The notes under the pieces are model-generated. The model was not told the origin of the DNA. It worked only from the letters and a program-made list of their open reading frames with translations, and ran no database searches. DNA of 63,448 bases, the filler included, from Phoronis australis (taxonomy: Eukaryota; Animalia; Phoronida), in assembly GCA_002633005.1 (NCBI GenBank). It is 5 parts of 5 records of this genome, joined end to end, with 100 filler letters (N's around TTAATTAATTAA, not from the genome) between each part and the next. Parts side by side here need not be neighbours in the genome. Positions count along the whole stretch, not along the records: positions 18,487 to 41,276 come from NMRA01000444.1; positions 41,377 to 55,817 come from NMRA01000247.1; 3 more parts are not named here. One strand, 5' to 3'. Shown one piece after another: positions 38,440 through 48,788 of the stretch. Every line of letters starts with the position of its first letter. The first letter of the stretch is position 1. Both the position numbers and the translations under genes were made by a program.

Positions 38440-38835
38440 ACTTCTGTTTTCATAAGTAAGTTCCTTGAAAACTTATGTTCGGAAAACTTATTTTCAAAAA
38501 CTTAAATTTTGATGACTTATGTTTGTTACTAAAAACTTGTTCCACAACTTAAATTTTTCAAAAACTTAAGTTTTCAGAACTTAAGTTTTCCAAAAACTGA
38601 AGTATTTTCATGGAACAAGTTTTTGGAACGAACTTAAGTTTTTAAAACTTAAGTTTTCAGAAAACTTAAGTTTTTGAAAAATTTAAGTTTTTGAAAAACT
38701 TAAGTTTTTGAAAACTTAAGTTATGAAAACTTAAGTTCGTTCCAAAAAACTTGTTCCAAGATACTTAAGTTTTTGACAAAAACTTAAGTTTTCGGGAATG
38801 AAAACTTAAGTTTTTCAGACCAAAAACTTAAGTTC
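38440..38835. repeat. Subterminal array of AAAACTTAAGTTTT (right arm)
   Basis: Same motif, decaying inward. Confidence 0.95.
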
Positions 38836-38848
38836 ATTTTTGTAAGGG

Positions 38849-39632
38849 AGCAGTTGCATAACTGAGGACAAGTTAAGCTAGGACATAATTTAAATGAGAG
38901 TGTGTTTTTAGTGAATTAGATGATACCACGGCCACTGTTAGTGTGATACGCTACGCTGTAACCAGGAATGATTAGTTCATTATCAAGGTCGTCTTTGGTA
39001 ACATTACAAGTTTCACAAAGAGCGACAATCATATAATCGTAAGACAGAACATAGTTTTTTAGAAGTTGGAATCTGGAGAAATTGTTTGATTTAATACTGT
39101 AAATATTTGAAAATGAGATTTTAAAGGTAGTATTGTTTTCAGGCCCAGGATTTTCTTCAACATCGCCAGCTAAAAGGAGGCACATGCCAATGACGATTCC
39201 GTAATCCATACAGGTGTTATATAAACAATAGTAAGACACATCAGTAAGCTGAACCCGCATAGCGAGATATCTCATTCGATGCCTGTGAGAGGAATTGAAC
39301 TGTGACCATGAGGGGGAAAACATTGTAAGACCAGAGAAACTCACACTACTCGAGGCACTCAAAGGATAGCCGTTTTTAACAATTAATACACCAATGCTTG
39401 TTGAAAATTCAAGGGTTGTTAAATGAATAAGGTAGTCTGGACAACTAGGGGAGTCATTTTTAAAAAACAAAATTATATCATAGGCCCGCTTACAGGTACA
39501 TAAATAGCAACTTAGTTGAAAAGAACAACATATAAATTCAATGTTGGGAAACCAGTTAGTTCTGTTGCAAGTGAATACAAAACACATAGATAATGATTGA
39601 CCTAAAGATATGTACAGAGGAAATATGACCAA
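38849..39632 (-). mobile_element. Same LINE, ORF2 5' portion with a 2A-like peptide and the APE N-terminus
   Basis: LLLAGDVEENPGP followed by FSNIYSI, IVALCET, LIIPGY, SGRGII; joins 33029 in frame once the inserted element and one TSD copy are removed. Confidence 0.85.
39141..39200 (-). other. 2A-like (StopGo) ribosome-skipping peptide motif
   Basis: GIVIGMCLLLAGDVEENPG|P matches the D(V/I)ExNPGP consensus; its last ten residues are identical to teschovirus P2A. Confidence 0.85.
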
Positions 39633-40699
39633 ATAGTGACGGACAAAAGAAGGTTAAAAATAAGAGTTTGAACACTCAAATTCGCTGAAGAAAACACAAA
39701 AAGATGTATTGAAGATCTCTCACTATGGATAACTTAGCTGTAACACGTTTTAGAATTGATAAAAGGCTATGAGTTCTTACCACTATAGGCCACCCAGTAA
39801 TGACTGATCAGCTCATGTGTTCGGTGGTGTCTTCTGAATTGAATTAAACTTTCTCAGAGATTGAAAAACCAGTTTTCACTGGGATTATTTCAACTTGATA
39901 CTCATTATAAACTAAATTATGGTGACAGACATTGCTCAACGTGAATTTTTCACGGGCAAGCTAAAACAGTAATAACTAATTATTGATATGGGGAATCATT
40001 CTGAAACCCACAACAAAAATCACATGTAGTTGTAGATTCTGCACCTGACTGACAGAGAACAGAACAAGTGCCTAGAAATTAAAATCAATATTATAGTGAG
40101 TGAGAGGTGTCAATAACATGACCGAACAGAAAAACCACACAAAATCAGTGACGTGTAAATTTATCCTGACAGACTGTTAGGTATGGAGTTGTCCACAAAA
40201 TCAACGTTCTGAGAAACACAAAGTCAGAAAAAATAATAATTATTTAAGGGACTGCCACTAAGGCCCGAGCTCACATATAAGAATCATTGTCTTATGTGAA
40301 TATCATGCAATGTACAATTCCGTCACACATTCAATAAAAATGTGGGAAACATGTTTTAACGACAACCAAAAATACCACATTAATACATACTGTAGGCAGT
40401 TGCAAAGATACTATACGGCGATTTTGGTAATGGTGCAACTGGGAAACAGTAAGAGGCAATAAGCAACAAAACCCATGCTCCAAACAAGAATGATTTAGAT
40501 GCAGTTTAAGAATTTGATTCATTACCATTGCCTGTGGTCAGTATAAGGTGTTGTGATCGCTACGGACCTGTATAGAGTGCACCACCACTGATAGAGAGGA
40601 AACTTGAGCGTGATCTGGTATTACACAAGGGAGAAAACTGAATAAGTATCAGTGGACAGGACAATTACCTGATCCTGTCAAGACATGGGGGGTGGGGTG

Positions 40700-41276
40700 C
40701 CCTTACAAAAATGAACTTAAGTTTTCATCGAAAAACTTAAGTTTTTGGTCTGAAAAACTTAAGTTTTCATTCCCGAAAACTTAAGTTTTTGGTGAAAACT
40801 TAAGTATTTTGGAACAAGTTTTTTGGAATGAACTTAAGTTTTCATAACTTAAGTTTTCAAAAAACTTAAGTTTTTCAAAAACTTAAGTTTTGAAAACTTA
40901 AGTTTTTCAAAAACTTAAGTTTTCTGAAAACTTAAGTTTTAAAAACTTAAGTTCGTTCCAAAAAACTTGTTCCAAAATACTTAAGTTTTTGGAAAACTTA
41001 AGTTTTAGAAACTTAAGTTTTTGAAAACTTAAGTTTTGGAACAAATTTTTAGTAACAAACATAAGTCATCAAAACATAAGTTTTCAAGGAACTAACTTTT
41101 GAAAACTGAAGTTTTCTAAAAGAAATAAGTTTCAATAGGACAGACATTCAAAAATTTCGACTTTCACTAAAACAAGAGTGGAGTACAGTAACAAATTTAA
41201 TGATTCTCATAAAGATTTAACAAACTAGACTTCTATTAACATTTCATTAACAGTGAATAATTGCAGAAAATAAAAT
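40700..41276 (-). mobile_element. Second, inverted copy of the CCC element (right arm), cut by a gap
   Basis: Starts CCCTTACAAAAATGAACTTAAG; reverse complement of 38276-38848 with some divergence. Confidence 0.88.
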
Positions 41277-41868
41277 NNNNNNNNNNNNNNNNNNNNNNNN
41301 NNNNNNNNNNNNNNNNNNNNTTAATTAATTAANNNNNNNNNNNNNNNNNNNNNNNNNNNNNNNNNNNNNNNNNNNNTTTTTTGTGTATCCACCTACCTTA
41401 AGTGAACTTATCAAGTTTCCTCGTGTATTCCAAGTTCAAGCATACGCGATCTTGAGATTACGCAAGATTCCAAGTTCACGCACAGCAGTGTATTGGGGAC
41501 GATCAGAAGCTGATGACGCCTGTGATTCGTTCTGTGCCTGGCCCCCGTACGGGTTCCTTTCCTCTAGCTGTTAATCCTGTTCATTGTCTCAGGCTTCCTG
41601 TCACTTCAACACCTCTCTCACCCACCCATCCCCTTGAACCACCCCTAATTTGTAAATGGAAAGCCCGGAATAACATACAAAATGTACAATAAAACAGAAA
41701 CAATAACTCACGACAAACTCGTGTCCACCATTCGACTCACGGCGAAATTTTACTCAAAAGTTATACACTAGATGTCGCATGTGCTTACTTGATCTCAAGC
41801 TCACTTGCGTGAACTCAGAACAGCAGAATAGAAATTTATTCCAGGTTCACTCTACACTCTATCACAGT

Positions 41869-41953
41869 GCAGTATAGGTGGCGCTGTGTCAGAGGGTAGG
41901 TTCACTCAAGATTCCAAGTTCACGTACAACAGCTTTTGTTTCACGAGCCAATA
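41869..41953 (+). promoter_or_regulatory. Putative LARP6 promoter elements: CTCF-like motif (gcagtataggtggcgctg) and CCAAT box (41948-41952)
   Basis: Motif matches 160-245 bp upstream of the ATG; motif evidence only. Confidence 0.35.
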
Positions 41954-42113
41954 AAAGACGCTGTTACATGCCATTGTTGGCGTGTTGAATTCCGTTGTGG
42001 TGTATTCCATTTCGCATGGATTTCTCCAGATTTTGGTAATTGTTTCACGTCGGTTTCAATATCTGTTCATCCAAAAGTGATACATTCTCAGTTGGGTGTG
42101 CAGAGAAACCAAA

Positions 42114-43598
42114 ATGAGTGAGAAATACAGCGAAGAAATCAACGAAAACGTTCCTGACGCCGCCGAAAATTTGGACTTCGATGCTAACAAAATGTCGGCA
42201 GTGATCATCGCTCCTCAGGCTCCTGTCCTTCGTATCGAACAAATCAAAGATGTAGAAGGTAACTGCAGTGAAGACGACGGGCAAAGTCAGGGTGAGGGCT
42301 CAGACGCCGAGACAGTTGGTCTTTCAACCTCCACAGAGGAATTCGTTGCCCCCGACGATGAACTTAGGGACAAAATAATTAAACAAGCAGAATTCTACTT
42401 CTCAGATGCCAATATTTTAAAGGATGCATTTCTCCTGAAACATGTACGTCGCAATAAACAAGGATTTGTCAGTTTAAAGCTGATCACATCATTTAAGAAA
42501 ATGAAATCGTTAACCAAAGATTATCGAATAGTTGCTTATAGCTTGAGTCAGTCAGAGAACTTAATAGTCAATGAAGAGGGAACAAAAGTTTGCCGTAAAG
42601 ATCCTTTGCCAGAGTACGATGAAACCACTCCTTCTCGTACTGTTGTAGCTGTTAACTTGCCTATGGATAACCCAACCATTGAAAATGTTGCAGAACTATT
42701 TTCAAAATGTGGTGATATAACTTTGATACGTATTTTGAAACCTGGTAAATCTGTGCCTGCAGACATTAAGAAACATTGCTTTAAACATCCGGAAATTGGC
42801 ACAGCCGTTTGTGCTGTTGTAGAATTTGAAAGCTTTGAACAGGCCAAGAAGGCTAGTGAACTAATGACCAATAATAATGATTGGCGTGGTGGCCTGAGAG
42901 TAGCGCTATTGGCAATGAATGGTAAAAAGAACAAAGATGCAAAAGATAATGACAAACTGTTGAAGCCATCTGACAATAAAGCCGGTGGTGACATGAGATC
43001 TGATGCCAATGGTAGCGATGTTGAGCACATACCTAGTGATAAGAAAAAGAAGACGCGTAGAGGAGGCCGCAAGAAGAACCACCGACTGGATGAGCTTTCT
43101 CATGATTCCTCCTGCTACTCAAGTGGATCTGATGCTGAGGGCCCTGATTCATTGAATTGGCGCACACCAACGATTCGCACATCTCTCAGTCCGCCGGGAC
43201 CGGAACATCGCAACCACTTGTCGCCCAAGTCAAGCCCGAATCCTAGTCCACATACAAGTCCGAGAGCTCGTCGGCGTGGCAGCGGTCATGGGAAGTCACC
43301 TTTGGCTGACAATAATAGTCCTACGCCCAGCCCCCAGAGTAGCCCAGGGACCAGACGCAAGAAATATGATTACTCATCTGGGGATTCAAACCCATCCAGC
43401 CCTTGGGTACAACGGCGCATGAAGGCTGCCCAGGAGCTGAGCCCCCTAGCCAAGGACACGCTTAGCCCTGGAGCAAGTCCGCTGATGCAACGGAGACACC
43501 TTGATGGTACTAGTGGGGTGGGTGTCATTCGCATGCCGAGAGGTCCTGATGGCACACGGGGCTTCCAACGTGTGAAACCCAGATCTGACAGTCTGTGA
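42114..43598 (+). CDS. LARP6: La-related protein 6 (Acheron), single-exon CDS, 494 aa
   Basis: La motif (KIIKQAEFYFSDANILKDAFLLKHVRRNKQGFVSLKLITSFKK), RRM (SRTVVAVNLP...CAVVEFE), basic NLS-like tract, SP-rich tail, SPWVQRR and a C-terminal LSA/SUZ-C motif VIRMPRGPDGTRGF; start at aaaATG 42114. Confidence 0.96.
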   Translation: MSEKYSEEINENVPDAAENLDFDANKMSAVIIAPQAPVLRIEQIKDVEGNCSEDDGQSQGEGSDAETVGLSTSTEEFVAPDDELRDKIIKQAEFYFSDANILKDAFLLKHVRRNKQGFVSLKLITSFKKMKSLTKDYRIVAYSLSQSENLIVNEEGTKVCRKDPLPEYDETTPSRTVVAVNLPMDNPTIENVAELFSKCGDITLIRILKPGKSVPADIKKHCFKHPEIGTAVCAVVEFESFEQAKKASELMTNNNDWRGGLRVALLAMNGKKNKDAKDNDKLLKPSDNKAGGDMRSDANGSDVEHIPSDKKKKTRRGGRKKNHRLDELSHDSSCYSSGSDAEGPDSLNWRTPTIRTSLSPPGPEHRNHLSPKSSPNPSPHTSPRARRRGSGHGKSPLADNNSPTPSPQSSPGTRRKKYDYSSGDSNPSSPWVQRRMKAAQELSPLAKDTLSPGASPLMQRRHLDGTSGVGVIRMPRGPDGTRGFQRVKPRSDSL

Positions 43599-46084
43599 TA
43601 ATTGTAGTTGTGATGGCTAGTTAGTGCATGACCTGCTGGTGTTTGTTTTGTGCGAATGTGTCTCTTATTAATTATCTGCTTGTCAAATGTCTTGCTTTGG
43701 CAGTTATTTGATATACTGAGGTGTTATGTAAACTCAGTGAAATTCTCAGTTGGTAGTTTTGTGAATTCCAAAATAAGCTGGGTAAATTTATGAGGGTTCT
43801 ATTGTCTGGCTGTACTTCAGGAGCAAGTTTTATTGACTGTGCATACTCAACGATACGTTTTACGTTGTAGCTCAGTTTCATTTTGGCAGAGAAAGTATGT
43901 TATAAAGCAGTCGAATTTTCAAGTCACTTTTAATTGTAAACTTTTGTTTTGTGGAATGTTAGTGCCAGTTCTAGTTATTGAAGATGTTATGCTGGATTCT
44001 GATCAACATTAACTTGTGTTTTTACCACTAGGAGAACTTGTTCTATTCGTAGGACCAATCATAGGCACAATCCTAATGCATTCCCAGCTTCAGCGGTTTG
44101 AGGTTTTGGAATCAGCTGTGTTGTTTTCTAGAGAATTTTGAGTGCCTTGTGTGTAGCTCAGCCTAACATGTAGTGTCGAAGATGAACCAAACTTAGGTTT
44201 TGCATGTTTTTGCACAAGTAGATATTTCAAGCCTTTTAAAACACATGAAAGTGTTTTTGTGGTGTCAAGTGATACTTGTGTACTATAGTGAGAAGAAAAG
44301 CATCAGCAAATTAACTCATCCCTGTGACCCCAAAAGGCACCCTGTCAGATGTACGAGGTTAATTTTTGTTGTAATTAGCATCATTATTAATATTAGGGAG
44401 TCGCAAGTTTAGTGCATTGATGGTACCATTACTTATTTATGAAAGGAACAAAGTACCGCATTTTATTTTTTCCTAGGGTGCTTCCACGTCAGATTGGCGT
44501 TATTGTTTGGTGGTCTCCTTTAGACTCGGAAGATGTTATTATCCAGGAACAGATCCATAGACATGTCAAAGGAACGTGCATGACCGATCGTGGCGTTTGG
44601 TATCTGGGTTTGAGTTTGAAGTCTGTCACTATTTGCTGTTGTTGAGATAATTTCGCTGGTAGGTCCACGCTCTCAGGTAGATTGGAGTGTTGTGTGATTC
44701 TCAGTTTGCAGTCTAAACTGCTATAGGTGTCTTTGTTGCTAACGGTGTGGAATTGCGCCTTTGAAGTAATCGCCTAGCTGCACATTGTCTTACTGCCGTA
44801 CCTGGAAGAGATTTTGTTTTGTTAAGCCCTGCTATATTTTAAGAGCACCGGTGTAATATTCATTTTGCAAACGAGGTTGTGCTTGGTTAGATCTAGGAAC
44901 TGGGTTACATTATGGGTTATTTTTATTCCTGTGATTATGACTGTGTAGTCAAACCTTTTCACAACCTACCCTGTTTATAATGTTGACGGGGATATATGAA
45001 AACACATAAACTTCCAAGTACCATTACAACGAGATATCGTTATAATGCTTAGATTTCAAGGGTCCATTAAAGTACTCATGGCAAGGTTCAAAGGTATAAA
45101 CTTATTTGCATACCTGTTCTTCTGCCTCTCTAGTATTATTATACCCCACCAGTTGCGACTTAATGACGTCTTTCACATGTATTGATACCTTGAATGGTGT
45201 AATGTTATCGTTTTTATGTTTCTAAATGTGAGCATATTTTATGATTATTGATTATTGTTTGACAGGGGGAGGATTATTGTATCCCGCTGTGGAAGTGGCT
45301 ACTCATGTCGCCATCACGTTGGTGCTGATCCCCCAAACACACACACCTTGTACGGAGATAGCGATCACTACTTTAGATGTTTAAATCTTCCAAATTGCTT
45401 CATTACTAGGTATATACTTTCATTAGCCTGGTTTCGTGTCCTATCGTATCATTCTATTGCGAATATGTGACACCAGTGTTCGTTGTGGCGACCTATCACT
45501 GCTCCTACAATTTGTAACAAAAATGGTTAGAGTTAAACAAATGATGGTCTATATGAACTCACGGCTTTGTGATCAAAAATGTCCATGTCTAGTTACTGGC
45601 TCAGTGACTTCTCAGCTCCATGCAAGGACTTTACCCGATATGTTTGCCGAAATGAATACACTACCAGACTACCAGTGAGGTATCACTGGATATGTACGAC
45701 TGTCGAGAGTGCACTTTCGTGAATGACAAGTGCTATACCCACCGTTAGGCGATATCCAGTTACGTGCTATTCTTTATAAATATTTGTACCTGTAAAAGTT
45801 TCATGACTTACCCACGTATTCATTTGGTATGAGTTAGTACCCAAGTCAGTATTTATACGGCAATGAGGTATGCTACATTTGTTATATGTTGGTTGTAGTG
45901 GGCATCGAAAGGAAAACCTGCCGAATTTCGGATTGATGCTCCTATCTTGGTTTTATCAAATACATGTTCTGGCATCAGACTTTAGAGATCAATTCGAAAT
46001 GATCACTGTGTGTCTGTGACTGGTGTACATTTTGTGTCAATGTTTGGAGCTAGTGGCTGTGTGTACATTTCCTGGTGAAACGAA

Positions 46085-46090
46085 AATAAA
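46085..46090 (+). terminator. Candidate LARP6 polyadenylation signal (implies a ~2.5-kb 3' UTR)
   Basis: AATAAA after a long T/G-rich tract, followed by GT-rich sequence. Confidence 0.4.
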
Positions 46091-48653
46091 AATATTTTGT
46101 TCAAGTCCTGTGACTTATGTGTTTATGCCATAAGTGTCTGTATTCGGTAGGACAAGTAGTTGATTTTGTCGAGCGAATGTGGAATGCGCAAATGTGTTGC
46201 ATTACGCAAACAAAATGGCCATGGGGCTAGCATATGTNNNNNNNNNNNNACCCCCCCCCCCCCCCAAAGGAGCCGAATCGAGTTTTTGCGACATGCATAT
46301 TTGCAGCTTCTGTTTTTAATGTTTTTAATTTTGCTTTGCGTGATTTTGATTAATTCAGAACAGCTATGAAAATGTGTGCCTACGAGGGAGGAGGTTATTT
46401 ACATGTAAAGGTATCAAGTCCACGCCTTCTATCGGCAAAATAACTTGATGGCTATTTGCTGCTACAAAATGGATCTAGATCTCGTTTTGTTCCTTACAAA
46501 GTTGAAAAATCCTGGTGGTTCTAGTATGCCGCAAGGGGGAGCCCAGTGGACAAAATTTGAAGGGAAAGATAATTGCATGTTCCCCAAGACCAGTGCCGTT
46601 TCGGGTTTCTTTTCCCCCTGAATCCACTTATGTAGAATTTCACTATTGCTATTAGTGTCGTGGCAGTCGGGAATGTTCAATTTATTGAAATCAATTTCAC
46701 ATTAAAAGATAACTCGTTGCTTTGGAAAAAAAGAATACCTCTGTGAAGTACGTTGAATTTTAGCCAGACCGTAAATCCTTGCAGCGAATTGCATGTCTCG
46801 GTTGGTCCGTTGAGCAATTCGTCAATGGATATGTAAAACCTTATTGATAAATCTGCTTATACTGCCAAACCTCTTTTACCCAGCTATGGAATTTAACTCC
46901 TAGTAGTAAAAACTTCATATTTTATGAAAGTGTAAATATTAATAAAGCCCACTTGATATTTTGTGCAACTTCCAAGTTTCTTCATCAAAATTGTGTAAAA
47001 CTATCTTTAGAGCCTCTCTGGCAAAAATGGAATATATAAAAAATCTAAATAATGTTTTGGAGTACAGTGCATAAATCAAAATATCTGAAACTGAAAGTTT
47101 CGATTGAATCCATTCAGCCAATTATGACGGCTACCGCGATGTTCCGTAGTTGACCAAATTTCGACATTAGTAAGGTCCTGCATTGCAACCGTCTCCAACA
47201 TAACTGCCGTAAATCAAATTTAGGATACTTTTATGGTTTATAATCAATTTAATTTATTTCCAGTAAGTACCCTGTTGAAGTGATTGAGGTCTTCAGGTGT
47301 GAAAAAAGCCAGTTACAAAAGGGTACACAAATCCCTTAAATGGGTGTCCTTTTGTGCATTATGTAAGAATCTAAATTTGGCAAATTGGAAAATCATGTCT
47401 CAGAAATAGCTGATTGCACTCAAACGAGTCTTTCAGATACCATGCTTTACGGACTGTTATCAGAAACACTAATATTAATTCTTTTAAAAGAGGTTATCAA
47501 AATTTCCACTTATGAAAAAACCAAAAGTTGCAGAAGACAAAACAGAAAATTTAGATAACTAACAGTGCTTTTTTGATTTCATCTCTAGCACATATATCGA
47601 ACAAAATTTGGTCAATGTTATTGATACCGTCTTTTGCTTTTGATGTACATTTTTTTTTTATTTGCTAATTTTTACATGGTCACATGATCCAATTAATGAA
47701 AGATTGGTGTAAAATCAAAAATCAAATTTTACAGGCATTCTACTTTCAGAGATTATATACTTTAAAAGTTTAACTCTATAGTTATGTAGATATCTGACTA
47801 ATACACAGACAAGCTGACAAGGCCTATGCTGCTATAAAATATCTTTTTTCACAAACCTGTTAGAGCTTAAGGAGAGGTTACTGCATCTAGTCACTATCTC
47901 ACAACTTATGACACTCCAAGTAAAACCAAGCTCAAAAGCTTCTTGTAAATTTAAAGGTAATATGAAACAAATACTCGTCAGCATTTTGTGCCCCTTATTT
48001 CAAAGCTAACAAGCAAGTGGCAAAGCCACAAAATTTTGCCTCTTACCTTGAGCTGAATTCGACCCCTGCCACTGGAAGTGATATTGCATTTTAGACCTAC
48101 ATTCCAAGGCTCACAACCAAGTGTTTAGTTGGGATATGCGATTGAGAGACTTGTTCTATTTCCATTTTGTATGTCAAAAGAAATAATTCAAATTGTAAAA
48201 TGAGACAAGTTCCTCAACACTTCTCGTCTCCCCAGTCATTCCTCCTCATAGCAAACAGCATTTTGAAGTATTGAACTATCTCCAATTTGTTTTATTTTAC
48301 TTTGAAGTATGTGGGTTGAAAATGAACACATTTTCCCTTTAATTATAAACAACATGTCATTCAAAAGAACTTATATATTGCTGACAAACCATTTTACAAA
48401 ATGAACAGCAAGGAATGATGATAAAAAATACAAGTTCTACTTCACCACTGAAAAGAAAAATAAATTGACACCACATGAAAATAATGGGAATTTTGATGCT
48501 CCTGTATGTGCCATACCAATTGCATATTTCAGAAATTATTCGATACTTTTAGAATACAAGGAACAATTAACAAGACTCATTTGCATTTACAGACAATGTA
48601 CTAAGTAAGTAATAAAAAACTTCCAAACAAAATGTATTAAAGATGAATTTTCA

Positions 48654-48788
48654 TCATTCCTCAGCATTCGCTCTTTCAACACTAAATGGCTCCTCAACTT
48701 TAATCTCGCCACAGTCAAGAATGACAACATCTTTTTTTGGCCGGTCACCTGATTCTGTGGGGTTATTTTCAATCTTCCTCACAACATC
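48654..48788 (-). CDS. PPIB: PPIB terminal exon
   Basis: ttcag acceptor, [13 protein letters not shown] and a CypB-type VEEPF tail, TGA stop; candidate AATAAA at 48291-48296 on the minus strand. Confidence 0.92.
   Translation of the reverse strand, partial: DVVRKIENNPTESGDRPKKDVVILDCGEIKVEEPFSVERANAEE

Larger units (their letters stand above)
33032..38848. mobile_element. CCC-terminated CACTA/CMC-like (foldback-type) non-autonomous DNA transposon, 5817 bp, TSD AG
   Basis: Perfect 27-bp TIR CCCTTACAAAAATGAACTTAAGTTTTT; AG at 33030-31 and 38849-50; long subterminal palindrome arrays; no transposase recognised. Confidence 0.9.

Noticed and set aside
42548-43555. Antisense ORFs within LARP6
   Set aside because: Shadow frames of a real CDS with no independent motifs.
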